From an uncultured Planctomycetales bacterium (lineage in GTDB: Bacteria; Planctomycetota; Phycisphaerae; UBA1845; JAFGLZ01), in the NCBI GenBank assembly GCA_964596165.1, contig CAZQTW010000003.1:43216-107215 (forward strand): a stretch of 64,000 nucleotides of DNA. The letters run 5' to 3'. This document shows positions 1 through 7,780 of the stretch, piece by piece. Both the position numbers and the translations under genes were made by a program. Position 1 is the first letter of the stretch, and each line of letters opens with the position of its first letter. Under the pieces are notes generated by a model. That model searched no databases and had not been told where the DNA came from. It saw only the letters and a program-made list of their open reading frames with translations.

Positions 1-256
1 GGTTGAGCGTACTCGTCATGTTGTCCTGCGGGCATTCGCGAAAACGGGTCCCTCCTGTACGTGACGCCCAGACGATTCGTTAGAATGGCAAGACGGAAGA
101 CGGTTTTCTTTCAGAGAGACTCAAGCTCGTCTTGCTTCCGGCATTCTTATGGGATGGATCAAACTTTTTTTCGAGTTGCTGGGCCGGCGGCGAGTCCAAC
201 CGTCCGGTGTTTCCCCCGGTTCGAGTGATGCCGTATTCGCAAACGAAGGTGATACC

Positions 257-448
257 ATGTATGAGCGATTCACCGAGCGTGCCCGCGCGGTCCTGGACTT
301 GGCAAACCAGGAAGCTCGAAGGCATGGTCACAAGCGCACCACGACTGAGCACGTTCTGTTGGGCCTGGTCATCGAAGGATCGGGAACCGGTGTACGGGTC
401 CTTAAGGAATTGAATGTAGATCCGGCGAGGGTCCGTGAGAAGGTGTAA
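257..448 (+). CDS. Clp N-terminal (Clp R) repeat protein, N-terminal fragment ending at an in-frame TAA
   Basis: ATG at 257 is preceded by GGTGA with a 5-nt spacer. MYERFTERARAVLDLANQEARRHGH...TEHVLLGLV resembles repeat 1 of the Clp N-terminal domain at the start of ClpC/ClpB. The ORF stops at TAA 446-448 in the inter-repeat linker. The track ORF 149..448 extends upstream, but that part does not look coding. Confidence 0.6.
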   Translation: MYERFTERARAVLDLANQEARRHGHKRTTTEHVLLGLVIEGSGTGVRVLKELNVDPARVREKV

Positions 449-463
449 GGGCTTGTCACAACA

Positions 464-1516
464 ATGGGGATCGAGAAACAGGTCACAGGTCCGTCGGGAT
501 GGTCGCCCGATGCCGCGAGAGCCATCGAATCCGCCATGAAAGAGGCCCGCAGTCTCAACCACTACTACGTTGGGACTGAACACCTCCTCCTGGGCCTGCT
601 GCGCGAGGGGGAAGGCGGGGCAGCCCGGGTATTCCTGAACTTCGGGATCACGTTCGTTGAGGCTCGGGAGCGGGTGATTGGCTTGCTTGGCGTGGGGGCG
701 GAGTGCCGGCAACGGGAAGGCCCAACAATCGCGGCAACGCTTGCCGCGGGGCCCCAAGGTGAAGATCCGAAGGGCTACACGCATCCACGATTCACATACG
801 GCGCTCGTAGGGTGCTCGCTGCGGCCAATCAGGAGGCGATTCGCTTTGATCACCAGTACATTGGAACCGAACACATCCTGTTGGCGTTGGCCAGAGAAGG
901 GGCAGGCCTTGCCGCAATCGTTCTGAACCTTCGGAACGTATATTTATCCGCCGCCCGCCGTGAGGTGGAACGGCTCATCAAGACCGGCTCGCAGCGGTTG
1001 ACCATGGGCAAGTTGCCCTTTACCCTCCTGGCCGAAAAGGCTGTCGAACATGCCCAGGAAGAGGCCGCCAAGCTGAAACACACCTACGTGGGGACGGGAC
1101 ATCTTCTGCTGGGTCTGATGAGGGATCAAGACAGTCTGGCCGTGCAGGTGCTCTTGAACCTGGGGATTAAGCCGAACGAGGTCCGTGAGCAACTGGTTGG
1201 CCTTATGGGGACCGAGCCGGACTCCTCGGAACGGCTTCAGGAAGCTGTGGCCGCACAGGGGGTCGCTCTGCAGTCTGGCCCGGCAAATCCAACCCCTCCC
1301 AAGGTGGGGGTCGGACTCTCAAAAGAGATGGTCGCGATGCTGGCTAAGGCCGTCGATTTCGCGACGGAAGACAACTCGGACCAGGTCCTGCCTTGGCACA
1401 TCCTACTGGTATTTGCCGAAGACCCGGAGATCGTGGCGGTCCTGAAGGAATCGTCCGAGGGATTCTCCGTTGAGGCGCTCCGCCGAAAGATCGAGCGCCG
1501 ACTGAATACCGGCTAG
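464..1516 (+). CDS. Clp_N (Clp R) repeat-only protein with no AAA+ module; same frame as 257..448
   Basis: It starts 5 sense codons after the TAA, in the same frame. It opens with a Clp R repeat-2-like segment (SPDAARAIESAMKEARSLNHYYVGTEHLLLGLLREGEG). Two further clear repeats follow (HQYIGTEHILLALAREG, HTYVGTGHLLLGLMRD), plus a degenerate one. There are no Walker motifs and no SD before ATG 464. Confidence 0.7.
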   Translation: MGIEKQVTGPSGWSPDAARAIESAMKEARSLNHYYVGTEHLLLGLLREGEGGAARVFLNFGITFVEARERVIGLLGVGAECRQREGPTIAATLAAGPQGEDPKGYTHPRFTYGARRVLAAANQEAIRFDHQYIGTEHILLALAREGAGLAAIVLNLRNVYLSAARREVERLIKTGSQRLTMGKLPFTLLAEKAVEHAQEEAAKLKHTYVGTGHLLLGLMRDQDSLAVQVLLNLGIKPNEVREQLVGLMGTEPDSSERLQEAVAAQGVALQSGPANPTPPKVGVGLSKEMVAMLAKAVDFATEDNSDQVLPWHILLVFAEDPEIVAVLKESSEGFSVEALRRKIERRLNTG

Positions 1517-1725
1517 TGTTTCGTCACAGATAAGATTGCGGGTTTGTTGGGCGTGCGTTCGCCCTCCCATTCAGACGCACAACATGACGTATGACAGAGC
1601 GCTGGGCTGCGCGAGTACCGGTTCCGGGCTGCTCCACGTCTGTACGATCCGAAGGGTATACCAGCAAACTCGCCTGAGCGTTCCGAGACCGCGGTGTGCC
1701 TGCAGATGCCGGGCGATTGCCTGGC

Positions 1726-4263
1726 TTAGCCTCTGAACGTCCTTGCGGAAGCTGGTCGCGAAAGCATCAACAACACCGGCAGCAGGAAGATCACACTGGC
1801 CAGGGCGACCAACATGGTCAAGCCGATCAGCAAACCGAAGTAGATGGTCGGGACGAACTCACTGAGACACAGGACCCAGAACCCGCCTACGATCACGATG
1901 GTGTTGAACGTGCACGCGATTCCGACGCTCCGGTGCGAACGGACGATTGCCGCGGCACAATCGCCGTCCACGGCCAGTTCGCGACGGAATCGCCACAGAT
2001 AGTGGATCGTGTTGTCCACGGCGATTCCCAAGGCGATCGAAAGCATCATGGCGGTGGCCATGTTGATGGGGATGCCCGTCCACCCCATGACGCCCAGGCA
2101 GAGAATGATCGGAACCACGTTGGGAATCATACCGATGAGCCCCAGCCGCACCGATCGAAGGGCAACGCACATGGAACCTCCGATCAGCAGAAGGGCGATC
2201 ATGAAGGATCTCAGTTGGCACTGCAGAAGATCGACGGTGATCTTGGCGTAGAGCGGATAGAGCCCCGTTACCTCAACCGCATAATCGCCGCCAAACACAC
2301 GATGGGCCGTTTGGCGGACGCGTTGGGTGACGTCGAGTTTCCTGTAGACGTCGTCCGATTCCGTGGCCCTGAGGTTGATTCGGATGGCTTTGCCGTCGAT
2401 GGCCTTGCCGTCCGTGGTTATGAAATGGCGGAGGAGTTCGTGGCTCATCTTCTGGTCGATCAAGGCCATCGTCAGCACGAACTGGGACTCGAACAGGGGG
2501 AGTTGAAGCGTGCTGAGTCCCAGCATCCTTCCCACCGAAGCCAGCTTGACCAGATCGGCGAGTGAAAGGGTCTTCCTGATCGGCGGGTTGAGCTCTTGCT
2601 CGACGCGATCCTGGAACTCGCCGGCCCTTTGCATCAGTTCCACGCCGGCCAGCACCTCTCTCGGCGAGATTGTCAGCAGTTTGGCGATGCGGGCCTGCAA
2701 CTCATCGGGGTCCACACTGGCGTGTCCGATCGGGCTTCGTCGGAGCGCGTCGATGGCCAGCATTGCACTCTCACCGATAACCGGTCCTCCGTCCTTGCGG
2801 CGGACGACCACCTCGATACTTCCCACGGGACCGAGGTTTTGCTCGACGAAACGGTACACCCGACGAACATTGCTGTTCTCGCGGAAGCTCTTGACGAAGT
2901 CGTTCTCGAAGTTTCTCAAGGCGGCAGGAACCTTGACGGCACACAGGCCGACGAGCACCGCGAAAACGAACCCCAGACTGATCGGCCCGATGCCGCCTCG
3001 GGAAGCGAGCCTAGCGATGCAGGCCAAGCCTTCGTTGAGTCGTCCGAGGTCGTGACGAACCGGGGCCTTGCGGGCCGAGAACCGACAAAGGGCGGGAACC
3101 GCCGCCAAGCCCAGGAATATCGCCAGTGCCACGCCCGCGCTGCCCAGCACGGACAAGTATCGGATCGGCAGGAGATCGGAGACCAACAAGGAGCCAAATC
3201 CGAAGAAGGTGGTCAGCGCCGCCATGAAGCAGGGAACGAACGTGCGGTGCAGTGTCCGGCGCGCATCTTCGAGAGGACCGACGACCGGACCGTCCAAGTG
3301 CAAGCGCGTCTCCTCGTGGGCCACAAAGAGGTGGATGCACATGGAGACGGCCTGCACCACCACGAGGATGACGATTGTCTGGGAGACAAGCGACATCGAC
3401 ATGTCGCAGAGGATGCTGAATCCCAGGATGCACAGTGTGCTGACACCCGCGGCGGCCAGCGTAGCCAGCAGTGTGGCCGCCCGACGCGTGATCAGCCACA
3501 ATGCGACGCCAATCAGAATGAAGACGACGATGGAGAAGACCACCAGATCCCGGTGGATGGCCTCGAAGATTTCCATCAGGCCGATCAGGGGGCCGCCGAG
3601 CAGGATGATGGCGTCCGGACGCATTCGGCGGGCATTTTCGACGACGCGGCGCAACTTTTCGACGACCAGTTTTCGCAGTCGGGGCGAACTCTCGCCCGCC
3701 ACCTGAACCAGGATTCCCGTGGTATTCGTCGGCTTGCCGGTTCGCGCGTCCTGTCCCATCAGGTTGGCCACCACGATCGGGTTGTTTCTCAACTCGGCTT
3801 CAATGCGGCCGCGAGCGGATGGATCCTGTCGCAGGCGTTCGTAGACCGTCTGCACGTGCCGTCCCCCGGAGGTGAACATGGCCCAGAGGCCGAGCTGGGG
3901 CAACTCCGTGATGGTCAGGGGGGACTCGACGCCCTCAATCCCGCGGCATTCCTGGCTGATCCAATGGGTCAGTTCGAGATTGTTGGGTTCCAACGGATCG
4001 CCCGCATCGATCACGATCATCGCCATCTCGCCGCTGACAAACGAGTCGCCGAAGCGGCGATAGCGGTGATACTCCTCATCGTTGGCCGCGACCATCGATT
4101 CGATTCGGTAGTCTTCGCGAAGCCCGGGCTTGATGAGCAGCCCGAGAGAGATGAGCGCAATCGCCACAAAGACCAGAATGATCGGGCGATACATGCGAAC
4201 GATCGCATTGACGATGCGGTCAATCACGCCCGGAATGATAAGGACTTGCACGGCGGATGCCAA
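1726..4263 (-). CDS. RND-superfamily / MMPL-type membrane exporter
   Basis: 845 aa with two blocks of about 6 hydrophobic helices separated by large soluble loops, an architecture typical of COG1033/MMPL exporters. The first codon is TTG; ATG at 4194 is an alternative start. Confidence 0.75.
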   Translation of the reverse strand: MASAVQVLIIPGVIDRIVNAIVRMYRPIILVFVAIALISLGLLIKPGLREDYRIESMVAANDEEYHRYRRFGDSFVSGEMAMIVIDAGDPLEPNNLELTHWISQECRGIEGVESPLTITELPQLGLWAMFTSGGRHVQTVYERLRQDPSARGRIEAELRNNPIVVANLMGQDARTGKPTNTTGILVQVAGESSPRLRKLVVEKLRRVVENARRMRPDAIILLGGPLIGLMEIFEAIHRDLVVFSIVVFILIGVALWLITRRAATLLATLAAAGVSTLCILGFSILCDMSMSLVSQTIVILVVVQAVSMCIHLFVAHEETRLHLDGPVVGPLEDARRTLHRTFVPCFMAALTTFFGFGSLLVSDLLPIRYLSVLGSAGVALAIFLGLAAVPALCRFSARKAPVRHDLGRLNEGLACIARLASRGGIGPISLGFVFAVLVGLCAVKVPAALRNFENDFVKSFRENSNVRRVYRFVEQNLGPVGSIEVVVRRKDGGPVIGESAMLAIDALRRSPIGHASVDPDELQARIAKLLTISPREVLAGVELMQRAGEFQDRVEQELNPPIRKTLSLADLVKLASVGRMLGLSTLQLPLFESQFVLTMALIDQKMSHELLRHFITTDGKAIDGKAIRINLRATESDDVYRKLDVTQRVRQTAHRVFGGDYAVEVTGLYPLYAKITVDLLQCQLRSFMIALLLIGGSMCVALRSVRLGLIGMIPNVVPIILCLGVMGWTGIPINMATAMMLSIALGIAVDNTIHYLWRFRRELAVDGDCAAAIVRSHRSVGIACTFNTIVIVGGFWVLCLSEFVPTIYFGLLIGLTMLVALASVIFLLPVLLMLSRPASARTFRG

Positions 4264-4399
4264 GGCCCTGCGTCGTCATCCGGTGTCGAACGTACCACGA
4301 GATTCCGGGCGGGAACGGCTGGGATGGGCTTGGTTTCCCTGCTTCGCCGGGCGTTGGGGCATGCGGAGGACCGACTCAGCGATTGCCGGGTGGGGCCGG

Positions 4400-5707
4400 C
4401 TATTCGGTGGCTACTTGGTTCCTTCCGCGAGCCTTGGCCTTGTACAGTGCGGTGTCGGCCTCTTTGAGGAGGTCGCGGCCGGTGCCGGCTTTCCAAGGGT
4501 GCAGGACGGCCACGCCGACACTGAGCGAGGGGGGGTGCTTCAACGGCGGCCACGTCTTGACGTACTGATTGAACAAGGCGGCCAATCGTTGTGATATTTC
4601 CACGGCCTGATCCTCCGTCGTGTTGCGGAGGATAATCAGGAACTCATCTCCGCCGAGGCGGAACGCCAGATCGTCTTCACGAACGGACTTGGCCAGCAGT
4701 TCGCCAAGGAACGCGATGAGTTCGTCGCCGGCAGGATGCCCGAGTTCGTCGTTGAATTGCTTGAAGTGATCGATATCGATTACCACCATGGACAGGTCGG
4801 GAGACTGGCGAGCGTGTTCGGCGGTGATCTGATCCAAGTGTCGATCGGCGGCACGCCGGTTATACAGGCCGGTCAGCGGATCGATTTCCGCTTCTCGGAC
4901 CGCTCGACGAAGCCGGGCCACATAGTCCTTCGTCCGACTGGATACCCGTCGTTCGATGCTCAGCTCCAACTCTTTGGCCTTGCCTCGCCAGTGGTCCGCC
5001 TCCTCCGCGAGGTGTCGGAAGGCGGTGGTGATTTGCGCGAAAGGATCGTCGCTCGCGAAAGACGATGTTCGGTTCGCCTGGGTGCATTGGCGTGCAAGGT
5101 CCGTGAGCGGCGGGACTATGCCGCGAAGCGTCAGCCGAGAACCCAACCACCCGATCAGCAGGGTTGCCGCCACCAGCGGCAGATAGAAGCCGACGACTGT
5201 CGCGCCGTCGAAGACCGGCGTAGGGGGCATCTCCACGGCAAGCGTCAGTTGCCCCAGCGGCTCCGTATGTGGGGGTGAACAGACCGGCACGATGGCCGCG
5301 ACTATCACGACGCCTTTACCGCCGGTGTCCCGCCATGTTTCCACGTTCCGTGGATTGGCCCCAACCTTCCGGGAATAGGTCGCCCGCCTAGCCAGTGCGG
5401 CCGTCTTGGCCTCGACCGCTCGAACTCCGCCATTCTGATCATGTACGGCGAGCAGACAGATCCCGGGATTTCTCCCCAGCGTGCGGCAGCGTTCAGCCAA
5501 GGCGTCTCGATCGTTGCTTCTCAGCAAGGGGGCGACTTGCATTGCCGCCGCACCGGCCGAAGCAACGACCTGCTCTTCTTGGACGTGACGTATCGCTCCA
5601 TGTCGTTGAAGTGCATGGAGTGTGCAGACAACAATCAGGAGAATGCCCAGCGTTGTGCCCAGCGTTCGTCGTATTGCCGAGCCGAGTTGTTCGTGTGTGT
5701 CCGTCAT
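4400..5707 (-). CDS. Membrane-anchored diguanylate cyclase (GGDEF domain with I-site)
   Basis: The C-terminus carries DPLTGLYNRR...RLGGDEFLIIL...ALYKAKARGRNQV. REDD lies 5 residues before GGDEF, which is the RxxD I-site spacing. The N-terminal half has two hydrophobic segments. The track ORF runs to 5911, but its first 68 codons look non-coding, so the start was set at ATG 5707 (MTDTHEQ). Confidence 0.85.
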   Translation of the reverse strand: MTDTHEQLGSAIRRTLGTTLGILLIVVCTLHALQRHGAIRHVQEEQVVASAGAAAMQVAPLLRSNDRDALAERCRTLGRNPGICLLAVHDQNGGVRAVEAKTAALARRATYSRKVGANPRNVETWRDTGGKGVVIVAAIVPVCSPPHTEPLGQLTLAVEMPPTPVFDGATVVGFYLPLVAATLLIGWLGSRLTLRGIVPPLTDLARQCTQANRTSSFASDDPFAQITTAFRHLAEEADHWRGKAKELELSIERRVSSRTKDYVARLRRAVREAEIDPLTGLYNRRAADRHLDQITAEHARQSPDLSMVVIDIDHFKQFNDELGHPAGDELIAFLGELLAKSVREDDLAFRLGGDEFLIILRNTTEDQAVEISQRLAALFNQYVKTWPPLKHPPSLSVGVAVLHPWKAGTGRDLLKEADTALYKAKARGRNQVATE

Positions 5708-5866
5708 ATATCCGCAAGGCGATGAAGTCCGATAACGTCGTCTTCCACAAACGGGGGATACGCCGGCGAACCGGCACCTATTTCGGCTCAATCGCGGTGG
5801 AATCTGAGTTGTGTTCGGTGGGTGTGCGGTCGAATGGGCCACTCGCACCCGGCAAGGATAAGAGGC

Positions 5867-5897
5867 CCTGGACGCGGGTGTCATAACCGCGCCCAGG
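5867..5897 (-). terminator. Candidate terminator hairpin downstream of metK
   Basis: Inverted repeat CCTGG-A-CGCGG / CCGCG-C-CCAGG with a 9-nt loop, about 30 nt after the metK stop. On the minus strand it is followed by CCTCTTATCCTT. The U-tract is weak. Confidence 0.25.
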
Positions 5898-5925
5898 GCA
5901 GGCCCAACCATTCAGAAAAAGCGTT

Positions 5926-7161
5926 TTACAGCCTCGCGGCGGCCTTTCGCAACGCAGCGGCCTTGTCCGTGAGTTCCCATGTGAAACCAGGACCCGTTCG
6001 ACCGAAGTGGCCGTTCCGGGCCGTCTCCTTGTAGATCGGCCGTTTGAGCTTCAGGTGGCGGATGATCCCCGCCGGGGTCAGAGGGAAGTGATCCCTGACC
6101 AACTTGGCGATCTTGTCTTCGCTGATCTTGGCCGTGCCTTCGGTGTCCACCAGCACGCTGAGGGGCTTGGCCACACCGATGGCGTACGCGAGTTGGATCT
6201 CGCAGATGTCGGCCAGACCGGCGGCCACCACGTTTTTCGCGATGTACCGTGCCATGTACGCGGCCGATCGGTCTACCTTAGACGGGTCTTTCCCACTGAA
6301 GGCGCCACCCCCATGACAGCCGCGCCCGCCGTAGCTGTCCACGATGATCTTGCGGCCGGTGAGGCCCGTATCGCCATAGGGACCGCCGACAACGAATCGT
6401 CCTGTCGGATTGATGTGGAAGATGATGTCGGGGTTCCACATCTTCGGGCATTCGGCCATGACCACGGGCTTGATGACCTTGCTGATAATCTCAGCGCGGG
6501 CCTTCTCGTTCATGTTGCCCTTTCGGTCCAAGAGCGAGGGCAATTCGAGGTGCTGCGTCGAGATCACCACCGTGTGCAGTCGCGTCGGCTTGTTGTTGTG
6601 GTACTCGACGGTCACCTGGCTCTTGCCGTCCGGCCGCAACCACTTGATGATGCCCTTCTGGCGAACCAAGGACAACCGCTCCACGAGTCGGTGAGCGAGG
6701 TGGATCGGCATGGGCATCATCGCCTTTGTCTCTCGACAGGCAAACCCGAACATCATTCCCTGGTCACCAGCCCCTTGTTCTTTTCCGGCGCCCGCGGTGA
6801 CACCCTGGCTGATATCCGCCGACTGGGCGTGAATGGCTCGGATGACGCCGCAACTCTGGTAGTCGAACCGTGCTTCCGGATCGGTGTATCCGATCTCCTT
6901 GATGACCTGGCGGGCGGTGTCTTCGGCCCTGTCGAGTACGAGAACGGCCTTCTTGTTGTGCACGGTGATTTCGCCGGCCATTACCACCAGCCCCGTGGTG
7001 ACAAGTGTTTCCAGGGCTACGCGGGCATCCGGGTCGACCGCGATAAGGCTGTCAAGAACGGCGTCCGAGATTTGATCGGCCACCTTGTCGGGGTGACCCA
7101 TCGTGACGGATTCCGAGGTAAACAGGTGCATCTTCCGGTGCTTGATGTCGTTACATGTCAA
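5926..7161 (-). CDS. metK: S-adenosylmethionine synthetase
   Basis: Motifs [32 protein letters not shown] and [19 protein letters not shown] are present. The start is either TTG 7161, preceded by GGGAGGA with a 7-nt spacer, or ATG 7131 (MHLFTSES), which matches the usual N-terminus. Confidence 0.95.
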   Translation of the reverse strand: MTCNDIKHRKMHLFTSESVTMGHPDKVADQISDAVLDSLIAVDPDARVALETLVTTGLVVMAGEITVHNKKAVLVLDRAEDTARQVIKEIGYTDPEARFDYQSCGVIRAIHAQSADISQGVTAGAGKEQGAGDQGMMFGFACRETKAMMPMPIHLAHRLVERLSLVRQKGIIKWLRPDGKSQVTVEYHNNKPTRLHTVVISTQHLELPSLLDRKGNMNEKARAEIISKVIKPVVMAECPKMWNPDIIFHINPTGRFVVGGPYGDTGLTGRKIIVDSYGGRGCHGGGAFSGKDPSKVDRSAAYMARYIAKNVVAAGLADICEIQLAYAIGVAKPLSVLVDTEGTAKISEDKIAKLVRDHFPLTPAGIIRHLKLKRPIYKETARNGHFGRTGPGFTWELTDKAAALRKAAARL

Positions 7162-7266
7162 GGTACCATCCTCCCACGTATTTCGGCCGCCTATAGGTGC
7201 CGGGCGAATCGAGGCTCATGAATTGGGAATCGCGTGCCGGCCAGGGCGAGCCCCGCCAAGTCTCGT

Positions 7267-7692
7267 CTAAAGCCCGTTCAGGCACTCCAAGAAACGACTA
7301 AGATAACCCTTTTCCAGAAAAGTATCAACAGCCTCCACGGTCATTTCGTGGTTCATTCCCCACACGGCGCAACGCTTATCATTCAGGGCGGGGTCCATCT
7401 GGATAACCAAGACATTGTCCACGGCCAATGCGTTGGGCAGCCGTTCATACAAGTAGGCTGACAAGGCATTCACACCGGGACCGCCAATGCTGATCGTGGG
7501 CTGATGACTCAGGGGTTCGTTGTTTAGATACCAGATATCCGAGATTACTACCGCCTGCCATGACTCGAGGTCCTTGATTTGCTCATCGACGGCCAGTTTA
7601 ACCCGATACGCCAGGGGCCGATCCATGATCTCGGCGCGGAGTGATGCCCCTGTTACGACGAGTATGGTGTTCTCAGCCGATTCCTCTGACAT
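7267..7692 (-). CDS. Hypothetical protein, 141 aa
   Basis: The region from MSEESAENTILVV to the stop looks coding. The upstream part of track ORF 7267..8106 overlaps the 3' end of the next gene and is Arg/Pro/Ser-rich junk. No motif recognised. Confidence 0.5.
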   Translation of the reverse strand: MSEESAENTILVVTGASLRAEIMDRPLAYRVKLAVDEQIKDLESWQAVVISDIWYLNNEPLSHQPTISIGGPGVNALSAYLYERLPNALAVDNVLVIQMDPALNDKRCAVWGMNHEMTVEAVDTFLEKGYLSRFLECLNGL

Positions 7693-7780
7693 ACGCGTAC
7701 GGCATTGTACTCTCGCTATCCGCGACCGGGTAGCTTGCCTCACATAGGCTGGTGCGGTGTTTCGCAGACGCCGGGATCGG

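Noticed and set aside
1-19. Possible start of a minus-strand gene running off the left edge (CAT at 17-19)
   Set aside because: Only 6 codons are visible, so it cannot be supported. The overlapping 264-aa minus ORF 80..874 is antisense to the Clp_N genes and not protein-like.
2596-4467. 623-aa plus-strand ORF
   Set aside because: It is fully antisense to the RND/MMPL exporter gene. Its composition is extreme (D/H/R/G/Q-rich) and no motifs are present. This is the shadow ORF expected at high GC.
5708-5911. N-terminal extensions offered by the ORF track: GGDEF ORF to 5911, 7267..8106, 27526..28497, 24969..25169, 43114..45405, 41851..43113, 49104..49253, 55145..55327, 62330..62854
   Set aside because: The extended parts are Arg/Pro/Ser-rich and overlap neighbouring genes or lack similarity to the family N-termini. 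Internal starts with an SD, or matching the family consensus, were preferred.
7132-7266. SAM riboswitch upstream of metK
   Set aside because: I read the minus-strand leader and found no SAM-I, SAM-II or SAM-V-like conserved core. I found only an SD (GGGAGGA) close to the start.
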